Virus record (IMG/VR): IMGVR_UViG_3300013126_000026
Coordinates: 4,337 to 68,336 of that record
Length of the DNA stretch: 64,000 nt
Strand: one strand, 5' to 3'
Source of the DNA: a virus
Below, in pieces: positions 37,475-46,185 of this stretch. The stretch's first letter is position 1. Each line of letters starts with the position of its first letter. Under the pieces are notes generated by a model. That model ran no database searches and was not told the origin of the DNA. It saw nothing but the letters and a program-made list of their open reading frames with translations. The translations under genes and the position numbers were made by a program.

Positions 37475-37642
37475 TTATTTTTTAACCTTTCGTAATGAAT
37501 CTTTGCGTACTAAAACTTCATGAGTTGTGCCATACTTAAAAACTCTTATGTAATCTATTCCATCAATAGTTTGTGTGTAAACTTTAGCTGGACTTACAAA
37601 TTTTTCTTTGTTGATAATATTTTCGTAAACTAATTGCTTCAT
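37475..37642 (-). CDS. Small hypothetical protein (MKQLVYEN...)
   Basis: AGGAG SD before the internal ATG. Confidence 0.55.
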   Translation of the reverse strand: MKQLVYENIINKEKFVSPAKVYTQTIDGIDYIRVFKYGTTHEVLVRKDSLRKVKK

Positions 37643-37670
37643 TATAGTCTCCTTTCTATTTTCCAGCAAT

Positions 37671-37697
37671 AAAAAAAGGTTAGATAGTCTAACCTTT
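37671..37697 (-). terminator. Intrinsic terminator
   Basis: AAAGGTTAGA/TCTAACCTTT stem followed by a U run. Confidence 0.6.
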
Positions 37698-37701
37698 GTA
37701 T

Positions 37702-38496
37702 TTAGAATCCCAAATTCTTTCGTCGAACAAAATCCAAATCATATGTTGTATACCCAATTGGATATGATTCATTATTGAAGGGATGTTTATATGGCTGTAA
37801 CCAACGCCAACCCTCACCCCATTTTTTTGTCATATACTCATGTTCATTGATGTATCTACCATTGTCAATCTTATCTTTTAATGACATGTCTTGTCGCCAA
37901 GTCTGTGATCCACTTACACCATAATCGTAAGTACCACCATGTTTATATGGGATATTAACGCTTAATTGCCGCATGATTGGTCTATGTACAAAACGCATTT
38001 CATAATCCGTATCTTCACTATAACCAGGATAAAAGTTTTCATCAAACAGTCCAAAGTCACGTATTACCCAATCACGTATTAAAAAAAGTGAGTAGCCACC
38101 CATAAGATTATTAGGCCCATACTGTCCATGCACTGTGCCAATTAATGGATTACTAGCATAATATAACATAACACTAAGAAACCCACTAGGAAATTCTATA
38201 TCATGATTAGCTATAATCCAAAATGGACTATTCATATAACATTTAATTATTGTGTTCCAAGCACCTGCGCATCCTGTATTACGTGGCATATGTACTGGTG
38301 TGAATTTTTTAATGTAGTTATGATTACGATTACATAAATCTTCTATTGATTGTGTAAGTTCACCACGTCCATTGTTGTTGATAATAACAAATTCATCAGT
38401 GGGATAATCTACACTATCGATTAATTTTTCTAGCCAACTTACTGTGTTTACAATTGCTGTACCAAGCAATGGAATTGACTTTGATTTTTCATTCAT
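37702..38496 (-). CDS. Glycosyltransferase family 2
   Basis: N.G.A.AWN, NHD, GLFDENF, EDTD. Confidence 0.8.
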   Translation of the reverse strand: MNEKSKSIPLLGTAIVNTVSWLEKLIDSVDYPTDEFVIINNNGRGELTQSIEDLCNRNHNYIKKFTPVHMPRNTGCAGAWNTIIKCYMNSPFWIIANHDIEFPSGFLSVMLYYASNPLIGTVHGQYGPNNLMGGYSLFLIRDWVIRDFGLFDENFYPGYSEDTDYEMRFVHRPIMRQLSVNIPYKHGGTYDYGVSGSQTWRQDMSLKDKIDNGRYINEHEYMTKKWGEGWRWLQPYKHPFNNESYPIGYTTYDLDFVRRKNLGF

Positions 38497-39839
38497 TTAT
38501 GTTCGGTGTCATGTAATACTGTAGTTTTATTTACACAAAAGCTACGTAGATTGTTTTTAATCATATGAATACGGCAACGTTCCCACAAATCCCCATCTGC
38601 TGGTAATGTTTGCTGATTACTAACACCAGTGTTTAACCAAAGATCCCTATATCTTAATGGTATTTTAGAAAAGTTCATACACACTGAACTATGAATTATA
38701 GCATTGTACATAGGATAAAATGGAATGTATTGTTCAGTTTTTTCTAATGTAAGTGGCAAATCTAATCCATTTACATGCTGCGCTTTTGTACAGATAAAGT
38801 CTGCCCCAGTTATTTCAATACATTTTACAATTTCTTGTAAATGATTGGTTGTCCAAACGTCATCATGATCCAAATGAGCTATATAATTAAACCCTTCTGT
38901 TTGTGCTAAATCAATGCTATGATTATATGAGTTTGTACCTCCATATTTCCATATCGTTTTTTTATCATTATGATATTTTCTCTCCCTACTGAAAGGCAAG
39001 TTTTTAAACAATATTCTATAAGTGGGATATTTTTTAAGTAAATTGATTATTTCTTCAGGCTTACTATAATCATCACCAATCAGAAATACTTTAAAATTAT
39101 TATATGTCTGATTAAACACGCTATCTAAAGTTTTTTCCAGCTTAATAATTGTAGTATCATCTTTACGATATGTAGCTATATTGACAGCAATAGGAACACT
39201 ATGTCCACGTTGTTTATCAAGTTTTTTAATGACAAAACAATTACCTAGTTGGTTGGTATTTTCTAATCCTTTAGCATTGTGTATATTTTTTACAGCACCT
39301 ATGATATCATAATCATTACGTAGTTGATTAGTTATATGATCCACTGCTGATTTTACCATAGGACTACTTATAAAGTCATTATAGTCATCAAAAACAATAT
39401 ATCCATTAGGTTTTACTAATTTACTGTAATTTAAAAAATCGTTCCATACACCAAAATAACTATGATCACCATCGATAAAAAGTATATCAGCTTGTACTGT
39501 TTTTACACGATTAATAGTTTCTGGTTCAGTGGAATTGCCTTTAATATAACTATAAGTATTACCAAACTTGTTATATTTCCAAACATTTTTCATAACAATA
39601 TTTGGATCTATGGGCCAACCTAAATCAATACTGATAATATCAGTGTTAGGTCTATGCATCATTAAACAAGCACTACCGCCCGCATATGCTCCAATTTCTA
39701 AATATGTTAGTTTATAATCGTCAGGATATAATTTAGCAATGTCATAAAGTATATGATAATGATGATGAAAGGTTTTGCCTTCCATATTACTACTTATATT
39801 CCTTACTATATCTAAGGAAGTTTGTGAGACAGTAATCAA
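38493..39839 (-). CDS. SAM methyltransferase (Methyltransf_24-like) fused to GT2
   Basis: LEIG..AGGS, FIDGDH, FDDY; C-terminal HLDHDD. Confidence 0.8.
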   Translation of the reverse strand: MITVSQTSLDIVRNISSNMEGKTFHHHYHILYDIAKLYPDDYKLTYLEIGAYAGGSACLMMHRPNTDIISIDLGWPIDPNIVMKNVWKYNKFGNTYSYIKGNSTEPETINRVKTVQADILFIDGDHSYFGVWNDFLNYSKLVKPNGYIVFDDYNDFISSPMVKSAVDHITNQLRNDYDIIGAVKNIHNAKGLENTNQLGNCFVIKKLDKQRGHSVPIAVNIATYRKDDTTIIKLEKTLDSVFNQTYNNFKVFLIGDDYSKPEEIINLLKKYPTYRILFKNLPFSRERKYHNDKKTIWKYGGTNSYNHSIDLAQTEGFNYIAHLDHDDVWTTNHLQEIVKCIEITGADFICTKAQHVNGLDLPLTLEKTEQYIPFYPMYNAIIHSSVCMNFSKIPLRYRDLWLNTGVSNQQTLPADGDLWERCRIHMIKNNLRSFCVNKTTVLHDTEHK

Positions 39840-40360
39840 TTTTTTGTTGCCTCAAGAATATATTGAATAGGCATTAAAAATCTATTTTCATTAGTAACTT
39901 CAGAAATTATGACATTATCAAATTTTTTGAATAAAATTTTTAATCCATGCTCTGTAAATCTCCAATTGTCTGGTAAAGGATTATGAATTCTAAAATCAAA
40001 CGGTGTTGTTACATATATTCTGCCTTTAGGTTTTAGTATTCGATGCATACTTTCTACACATTTAAAAGGATTTTCAGTATGTTCAAGTACCTCTGTACAG
40101 AAAATAATATCAAAATAGTTTTCAGGTACTAAATTTGCTTCTGCTAAATCACAAATATAATCTGCGTTGGAAGTAGGATCAATATCTAATGTTTTTACTA
40201 ACGCATTTTTAAAAAACTTTTTTGCTCCTACGTAGGTATGTGGTGCTATATCTAAAATTAAATAATTACTAATATCATTTGAAAGACTTACATGACGTAG
40301 CAAATTATCTATTTTGTTTCTAATTATAGTTAAATGTTTTATGTCAATGTCACTAATCAT
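39836..40360 (-). CDS. Class I SAM methyltransferase
   Basis: LDI, FDIIFCTEVLEH, LKPKG. Confidence 0.85.
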   Translation of the reverse strand: MISDIDIKHLTIIRNKIDNLLRHVSLSNDISNYLILDIAPHTYVGAKKFFKNALVKTLDIDPTSNADYICDLAEANLVPENYFDIIFCTEVLEHTENPFKCVESMHRILKPKGRIYVTTPFDFRIHNPLPDNWRFTEHGLKILFKKFDNVIISEVTNENRFLMPIQYILEATKN

Positions 40361-41619
40361 ATTATATAAGGTATGTTTTCTACAGAAAAAACTGGAATAT
40401 TAAGCATTCTTCTCACTTCTAGCCTCTCAACAAACGAATCATCAATAAAAATGGCATTTTTTTCTTTTATAAAATAGCTTTTTGGTTGATTACTAATATG
40501 AAAAATTTCAGAAAAAATGTTACTATCAATTTTTATACTCTTTAAAGTTTTTTTAACATCACTATTATGTCTAGTAATCAAATAAATTTTTTTATTAAAA
40601 TTCAAACACTCATATAAAAAACCAATTGCATCAACATTTACTTTACTTTCACAAATTATGGTATCATCTAAATCAATATATACATTATCAAAGGTTAAAT
40701 TAGAGATTACGTAAGTTTTTAAATTTTTAGCAATTTCAATTGAATAAGAATTTGTTAAAATACTAATGTCATTTGTTTCTTTTAAAACGTTTAGGTAAGC
40801 AAAATTAACTCCTAATATCCTATTAATTATTGATGACCCACCAAATCGGTCTGCTATCTCAAGCAAACAATAGTCATTATTTTTATCTAGCTTTAATTGA
40901 AAAAACCAAGGCCCTGAAATTTTAATATTGTCATTTATTATATTAGCAATAAGTTCAATTTTGTCATCTTTTATAAGTTTAGTATTTGTACTAATACCAT
41001 TTGTAATCCTTGTTCGTTCCCTAGCTGATACAAACAGTAACTTGTTATCTTTATGACTAAAACAATCAACTGTATACTCTTTTCCAGGCAAGTATTCTAA
41101 CAAAATATTATTTGGATACTTTTTTAGACAATAGGATAAATCAATCTCATCCTCAACTATCATTGTGTTTTTACTGCTTGATCCTATATCAGGTTTACTA
41201 AAAATAGGAAAAGTCAAAATGTCAGTATTACTAAAAACCTTAGGAGTCCTTATCAATGTTTTAAAATAATCATAGGTTAAACTTTTTTGAGAAAAAATTT
41301 TTACTGTCTTTAAATTAGAACCTAATACCTTACAACCTAGATCATTTTCGTATTCTTTAAGCTTAAGTAAAACAATGTCCATAGCAGGATACACATAATC
41401 TATTTTATGTTGAATAATAATGTTTTTCAAAGCTCCAATAAATTTTTCATCTTTTACATTTGGTATACCATCAATATAATTTTTATAAACAAATTTTCCT
41501 GTATCATCAACACTACTTGCTCCTATTAAATTAATGTTTTTTTGTAGGTGCAAGCAGTCATATACTTCAAAAGCAATTTCTGATCCACAAGGAAATACTA
41601 AAATATTAATTTTATTCAT
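40357..41619 (-). CDS. ATP-grasp protein fused to a HAD-like domain
   Basis: KP..G, EYLPGKEYTVD, LLEI..RF; DLDDT, FIDDS. Confidence 0.8.
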   Translation of the reverse strand: MNKINILVFPCGSEIAFEVYDCLHLQKNINLIGASSVDDTGKFVYKNYIDGIPNVKDEKFIGALKNIIIQHKIDYVYPAMDIVLLKLKEYENDLGCKVLGSNLKTVKIFSQKSLTYDYFKTLIRTPKVFSNTDILTFPIFSKPDIGSSSKNTMIVEDEIDLSYCLKKYPNNILLEYLPGKEYTVDCFSHKDNKLLFVSARERTRITNGISTNTKLIKDDKIELIANIINDNIKISGPWFFQLKLDKNNDYCLLEIADRFGGSSIINRILGVNFAYLNVLKETNDISILTNSYSIEIAKNLKTYVISNLTFDNVYIDLDDTIICESKVNVDAIGFLYECLNFNKKIYLITRHNSDVKKTLKSIKIDSNIFSEIFHISNQPKSYFIKEKNAIFIDDSFVERLEVRRMLNIPVFSVENIPYII

Positions 41620-41831
41620 TCGTAAAACCCTGCCTTTTCTCCATCTTTAGGGCTCGCTAAATAAACTACTTTGTACCCTTTGTGACTATTGATTCTTTCG
41701 ATTTGATTCCAAATACCAAAAAATAAAGCAGGTTCTGTATCAGAATAATAATCTTCTAATGGATATCTTTCAAGTAATTCCTTTCTAAAAAAAATAACAG
41801 TAGCATCTACACTAATCTGTTTAATTTTCAT
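41616..41831 (-). CDS. Short ORF, possibly a truncated gene
   Basis: 71 aa, ATGA overlaps on both sides. Confidence 0.45.
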   Translation of the reverse strand: MKIKQISVDATVIFFRKELLERYPLEDYYSDTEPALFFGIWNQIERINSHKGYKVVYLASPKDGEKAGFYE

Positions 41832-42460
41832 TGTTCATACACACTAAATTTGCTTAAATCAGGATATGCATGTTCAATATCCTCATTATGTTTCTTACTA
41901 TTATCATTAGCGTTATAAAACTGATTCATCAATAATAATCCACGTGCTGCTAATTCAGGCATCATATAAAAATTCCAACCCAACATGTCAAAATGATCTT
42001 CATGGTAACTGCATTCACGACGACCACTAAACCTAGCACGTTTAAACCAAAGCATTGCTTCATAGTTGTCTGTTAATATACAACCACCTTTACTCAACTT
42101 AAAATGCTTATATGGTCCTGTAAAACTACAACACATATAGCTACCTGGTATATACATATCAGCAGTAAATCTTAACGCACTATCATATACAGTGGTAGGT
42201 TCTAAACGATACGCACCTTTAATAGTACGTCCTTCTACATGACGAAAATTAACTTTTGCTCCAGCATGTATAATTTCACAAGGTACGCTAGGATATGTAC
42301 GTGATGGAATTGTGATTGTTTGATCCTTCACCCCAACATACATCAATGCTAAAAATAGTGCGTTACTTTGATTATCTACTGTGATAGCATAAGGTGCTCC
42401 TGTATAATCAGCTAATGCTTTTTCAAAATCTTCGGTTACTTTATAAATTCCATTTGCCAT
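41828..42460 (-). CDS. Short DegT/DnrJ/EryC1/StrS-like PLP aminotransferase
   Basis: FE..LA...G, DSA, SF...K, GG, GWN. Confidence 0.8.
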   Translation of the reverse strand: MANGIYKVTEDFEKALADYTGAPYAITVDNQSNALFLALMYVGVKDQTITIPSRTYPSVPCEIIHAGAKVNFRHVEGRTIKGAYRLEPTTVYDSALRFTADMYIPGSYMCCSFTGPYKHFKLSKGGCILTDNYEAMLWFKRARFSGRRECSYHEDHFDMLGWNFYMMPELAARGLLLMNQFYNANDNSKKHNEDIEHAYPDLSKFSVYEQ

Positions 42461-42471
42461 TTATATCTCTT

Positions 42472-42738
42472 TTAAATTTTTCCCATTACATATAATCCAA
42501 GATTTTTAGTACTTTCTGATTTCATAACCCATTTTGTACAATGATGATGTTGAAACTCATATAAAGCACGTTTATGCTCTGCTCTAATGCCATGACAAAT
42601 AATATAAGGTTGTTGAATATCACACAATTCCATAAGTTCATCATAAAATTCTGTATAATATTTTCCTTCCATTATATGTGCCACACCTGTATTATTTTGT
42701 GTATATACTGATTCAATAAAATTATCAAAGTCTTCCAT
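42472..42738 (-). CDS. Hypothetical protein
   Basis: AGGAG SD. Confidence 0.6.
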   Translation of the reverse strand: MEDFDNFIESVYTQNNTGVAHIMEGKYYTEFYDELMELCDIQQPYIICHGIRAEHKRALYEFQHHHCTKWVMKSESTKNLGLYVMGKI

Positions 42739-42762
42739 ATGTATCTCCTATTTAGATGTATA

Positions 42763-42838
42763 TGGTACCTGGGACTGGACTCGAACCAGTATCGCTCTCC
42801 GTGTAAAGGAGACGTATCACCTCTCTACGCACCCAGGT
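42763..42838 (-). tRNA. tRNA-Val(TAC)
   Basis: Loop TTTACAC, CCA; overlaps the 3' end of def. Confidence 0.85.
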
Positions 42839-43260
42839 ATATATCTTTCATGCATAGTTATGCCATTTAAATGATCAAGTTCATGCTGAAAACAACGACT
42901 TGCTAAACCTGCTAACCATTCAATTGTTTCAACACCATATGCGTTATAATATTTAACTAGTATTTTGTTAGGTCTAGAAATTTCTAATCTTTCACCAGGA
43001 AAACTTAAACATCCTTCTGTATAGTACATATTATCATCAGTTTTTTCAAGTATAACTGGGTTAAAACAATGATATATCTTATCATTTACTAACATAACAA
43101 ATATTCTATTATCAACACCCACTTGATTACTAGCAAGTCCTATGCCATTTTCTTTAAGCATAGTTTGAAACAGTTCTTGTGCTAACTTTAAATTTTGTTT
43201 GGGTTTGTCAAATGTAACCTCAACACAAACATTTTTTAATATTGTATTATCTAACTTCAT
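42817..43260 (-). CDS. def: Peptide deformylase
   Basis: GIGLASNQ, EGCLS, QHELDHLNG. Confidence 0.95.
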   Translation of the reverse strand: MKLDNTILKNVCVEVTFDKPKQNLKLAQELFQTMLKENGIGLASNQVGVDNRIFVMLVNDKIYHCFNPVILEKTDDNMYYTEGCLSFPGERLEISRPNKILVKYYNAYGVETIEWLAGLASRCFQHELDHLNGITMHERYIPGCVER

Positions 43261-43278
43261 ACAGTATTTAATATGTGT

Positions 43279-43354
43279 TGGTGCCGCCTCTAGGAATCGA
43301 ACCTAGTTCCACGATTCTTCAGACCGTTGCTATAACCATATCAGCTAAAGCGGC
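43279..43354 (-). tRNA. tRNA-Phe(GAA)
   Basis: Loop CTGAAGA, CCA. Confidence 0.88.
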
Positions 43355-43359
43355 ATATT

Positions 43360-43435
43360 TGGGGAGATTGAAGGGAGTCGAACCCTCACTTTACAGAATC
43401 ACAACCTGCGGCACTACCTTTATGCTACAATCTCC
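43360..43435 (-). tRNA. tRNA-His(GTG)
   Basis: G-1:C73 pair, loop TTGTGAT, CCA. Confidence 0.88.
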
Positions 43436-43441
43436 GTTGAT

Positions 43442-43517
43442 TGGTGCCTGTTCTTGGGTTTGAACCAAGGACCTTTCGATTATCGGTCGAATGCTCTTCC
43501 AACTGAGCTAAACAGGC
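43442..43517 (-). tRNA. tRNA-Ile(GAT)
   Basis: Cloverleaf, loop CCGATAA with C33, CCA. Confidence 0.85.
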
Positions 43518-44086
43518 TAATCTATAACTGGACCGTTGCCATTGCGAAAACCAATAACACCGCCTTCACTTACAATTCTTTTACTAACTTCTTCAAATAA
43601 AATAGGTGCGTAATCAGTTTGTTCTACACAAACACAATGGTACTTGGTATCAATATCACCAGTTACTGTTTTTACACGCTGATAATGTAAATGTCCATGT
43701 ATATTCACTCCAAAGCGTCCAAGACTATCTGGATGTACTGGTACATGACTAAGTATCATACCATTCATAACATGATATCCACGAATATCCCTAAAGTATT
43801 TTGTATAATCTTCTAGTTTAAAAATATCGTGGTTACCACGAATAAGCACTTTATCACCGTTAAGTCTGCTGAGTATGTTAAGAAACTTACGGTTAATAAC
43901 AGCATCGCCCAGATGATATATTTTGTCCTTAGGTTTAACACGCTCGTTCCAACGTTTTACCATTTCTTCATCCATTTCTTCAACGGATGAAAAGGGTCTT
44001 AGAGGTGTTCCGTCATCTCGTTTAAAACTGGTACAGGTTTTTTCGTGACCAAAATGTGTGTCACTCACAAGCCATGTTGCTGGCAT
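43517..44086 (-). CDS. Calcineurin-like metallophosphoesterase
   Basis: SDTHFGH, LGD, GNHD, SH, HGHLH. Confidence 0.92.
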   Translation of the reverse strand: MPATWLVSDTHFGHEKTCTSFKRDDGTPLRPFSSVEEMDEEMVKRWNERVKPKDKIYHLGDAVINRKFLNILSRLNGDKVLIRGNHDIFKLEDYTKYFRDIRGYHVMNGMILSHVPVHPDSLGRFGVNIHGHLHYQRVKTVTGDIDTKYHCVCVEQTDYAPILFEEVSKRIVSEGGVIGFRNGNGPVID

Positions 44087-44095
44087 AATAAACTC

Positions 44096-44674
44096 CTAAA
44101 TATCGCAATAATTTTTATCGTCGGTAAACCACATAGCAATAGTGGCTCGTATCCCACTAGTAACTTGTTTTACCCCATGTTCTGACTTTTCATCACTAGA
44201 AAAAGCTAGTAATGATCCAACTTTTGGGCATGATACATAGTCATTGTTATCATTTATTTTAACAACTGTTTCACCGCCTATGTAATCATTATTTAAATAA
44301 ATGATTGCGGAATAGGTTCTCATACACAAAACTTTTTGTAATTCATCTGATTGACCAAAGCCATTATCAACATGTCTTATCATGTATTGACCCTCTTTCC
44401 ACAAGACTAAATCACAAAAATGCGGATAATGCTGTATATTGATTGACTTAGATATTATCTCAGCTACTTTATAATTTATAGTTTTGAGGTGATTTTTTAA
44501 ATAAAAATCATCAACATCATGATAATAAATATTATTTCCTATATGCCACGGCATATCTGAATTATCATTACAAACTTTATTTGTTTTATTATAAAGATAA
44601 GAAAAATAAATTTGACAAAAATCTTTATCTAAAAAATTGTCAACAGTAATTATGTATTCACCGATTCTTGTCAT
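44096..44674 (-). CDS. 2OG-Fe(II) oxygenase (P4H-like)
   Basis: HVD, YLNNDYIGGE, HGV..V.SG.R. Confidence 0.88.
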   Translation of the reverse strand: MTRIGEYIITVDNFLDKDFCQIYFSYLYNKTNKVCNDNSDMPWHIGNNIYYHDVDDFYLKNHLKTINYKVAEIISKSINIQHYPHFCDLVLWKEGQYMIRHVDNGFGQSDELQKVLCMRTYSAIIYLNNDYIGGETVVKINDNNDYVSCPKVGSLLAFSSDEKSEHGVKQVTSGIRATIAMWFTDDKNYCDI

Positions 44675-44695
44675 TAGATTATTTAATAAAAATAG

Positions 44696-44769
44696 CACCA
44701 CCGGCAGGATTCAAACCCACGACCCCTTAGTTCGTAGCCAAGTGCTCTATTCAACTGAGCTACGGTGGT
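44696..44769 (-). tRNA. tRNA-Arg(ACG), possibly decaying
   Basis: Loop CTACGAA; D-loop lacks GG, T-loop TTTGAAT, ends CTA instead of CCA. Confidence 0.7.
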
Positions 44770-44770
44770 A

Positions 44771-44917
44771 TTAATCTTCTCTAGTATAATTTAATACGTT
44801 GCCAACACCATATTGTGCTTCGCCAAGCAATTTTGCTTCATAATCATTACTAGCCCACACATAGGTATTAGCAGTTTGATAATCATTAATGCGTACCCAT
44901 AATTTATATTTGTACAT
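44771..44917 (-). CDS. Small hypothetical protein (48 aa, MYKYKLWVRIND...)
   Basis: Read manually; AAGGA SD; fills the gap between two tRNAs. Confidence 0.6.
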   Translation of the reverse strand: MYKYKLWVRINDYQTANTYVWASNDYEAKLLGEAQYGVGNVLNYTRED

Positions 44918-44930
44918 TTTATTTCCTTGT

Positions 44931-45005
44931 TGGTGCTGATAAGTGGATTTGAACCACTGACTTCCATCTTACCAAGATGGCGATCTACCTCTGATCTATA
45001 TCAGC
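44931..45005 (-). tRNA. tRNA-Thr(GGT)
   Basis: Loop TTGGTAA, CCA. Confidence 0.88.
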
Positions 45006-45349
45006 TATTTCTTTTTAGTTGAACTAGCTTTTTTCTTTGGATTTAAAATCTTATATTCTTCACTTTTCATAAATTCTTTACGCATATCGTCCAAACTTGC
45101 TACTGATAATACCCAATATTTGTATCCTTCGATATCAGGATCACGTCCTAATAATTCTTTAAACATATTACTTACGTGAAATGCTCTAACTACTAACGCT
45201 TCGTGGGATTTAGCAAATTCTTTACGAATTTCATCAATGGGTGTTGGTGTGCTTACCCACCAAGCTAATCCATCAACATCAGGTTCACGACCTAATAATG
45301 TACGATATAACTCACTGATTTGCTCTTGTCTATCTGAACTCATAATCAA
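45005..45349 (-). CDS. DUF4214-like repeat protein
   Basis: Two 'LLGR.PD..G..(W/Y)W...F.KS.E' repeats. Confidence 0.7.
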   Translation of the reverse strand: MIMSSDRQEQISELYRTLLGREPDVDGLAWWVSTPTPIDEIRKEFAKSHEALVVRAFHVSNMFKELLGRDPDIEGYKYWVLSVASLDDMRKEFMKSEEYKILNPKKKASSTKKK

Positions 45350-45418
45350 CTCCTAAAAATGTATTTAATGAAGTAAAATTATTTTAAACAGTAAGTACAT
45401 AACTAGTATATTAGCAAT

Positions 45419-45492
45419 TGGAGCGGGTAGAGAGAATCGAACTCTCACACTAACCTTGGCAAGGTCACAGGCTACCTTTACATCATACCCGC
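45419..45492 (-). tRNA. tRNA-Gly(GCC), second copy
   Basis: Loop TTGCCAA, CCA. Confidence 0.88.
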
Positions 45493-45536
45493 ATATATTT
45501 TATTTAACATACAACCATTTATATTAAATTTTTAAT

Positions 45537-45627
45537 TGGTGGAAGCGGTGAGATTCGAACTCACGGACCCTTGTAGGATCGTCTGATTTCAAGTCAGGTG
45601 CAATAAACCGTGCTCTGCCACACTTCC
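45537..45627 (-). tRNA. tRNA-Ser(TGA)
   Basis: Long variable arm, loop CTTGAAA, CCA. Confidence 0.92.
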
Positions 45628-45631
45628 ATAA

Positions 45632-45705
45632 TGGCAGGGGTACCAGGAATCGAACCTAGAGCAGTGGAATCAAAATCTACTGTGTTACCATTACACCATA
45701 CCCCA
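45632..45705 (-). tRNA. tRNA-Gln(TTG)
   Basis: Loop TTTTGAT, CCA. Confidence 0.9.
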
Positions 45706-45719
45706 ATTGATACTATTAG

Positions 45720-45908
45720 CCATATAGCATTCTAAAATATAAACACTTACACTTTAGAATGCTATAAGTTATCTTATAGCATACTGGAGTCATGCCCCAG
45801 TCAGTAGTCTTACTTTATGTGTTATCACCACAAATTTCATGTAATACTGTCCGCCCGTTCATAGCAAGTTTATAGTGCTGCTTATCGGCCCTCGTTGCCT
45901 ATTCACAC
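45720..45908 (-). ncRNA. Structured RNA between the attenuator and the first tRNA
   Basis: No ORF; hairpins ACTGGGG/CTCCAGT, CAGTA/TACTG, TATAGCATTCTAAA/TTTAGAATGCTATA. Confidence 0.5.
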
Positions 45909-45912
45909 TTAC

Positions 45913-45951
45913 AAAACAAAAACCCTGAGAACTTTTTACTTTTCCCAGGGT
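45913..45951 (-). terminator. Intrinsic terminator (attenuator hairpin)
   Basis: ACCCTGGGAA/TTCTCAGGGT stem followed by TTTTGTTTT. Confidence 0.75.
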
Positions 45952-45975
45952 CTTAAATAATCTTTACTATGACTA

Positions 45976-46101
45976 CTATGTACCCTGGTACTCCTTAATT
46001 GATGTGCCACGATTATCTACACAATACATTGGCGCAAAACTATCACTGGCTAAATACTGCCATGATTGTTGTCTCAACGATGTAGATATATGTTTATTCA
46101 T
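45976..46101 (-). CDS. Putative attenuator leader peptide, 41 aa, containing all 20 amino acids
   Basis: MNKHISTSLRQQSWQYLASDSFAPMYCVDNRGTSIKEYQGT; lies between promoter and terminator; stops TAG TAG. Confidence 0.7.
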   Translation of the reverse strand: MNKHISTSLRQQSWQYLASDSFAPMYCVDNRGTSIKEYQGT

Positions 46102-46140
46102 AGTGTTTTATTTATGCCTTGTAAAAAATAATATGTTGTT

Positions 46141-46169
46141 ATACTAACAAAACTCTAATTAATTGTCAA
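46141..46169 (-). promoter_or_regulatory. sigma70-type promoter of the leader/tRNA operon
   Basis: TTGACA-17-TAGTAT; CATAAATA late-like box just upstream of the leader ATG. Confidence 0.65.
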
Positions 46170-46185
46170 ATACATATTTACCCAA

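Noticed and set aside
24968-43463. Track ORFs overlapping tRNAs (5' extension of dCMP deaminase, 26943, 31852, 33240, 34200, 43275)
   Set aside because: Shadow translations of tRNA sequence.
31853-45570. 34-nt identical sequence at 31853 and 45537 as att sites
   Set aside because: It is the shared 3' end of two complete tRNA-Ser genes; no integrase seen.
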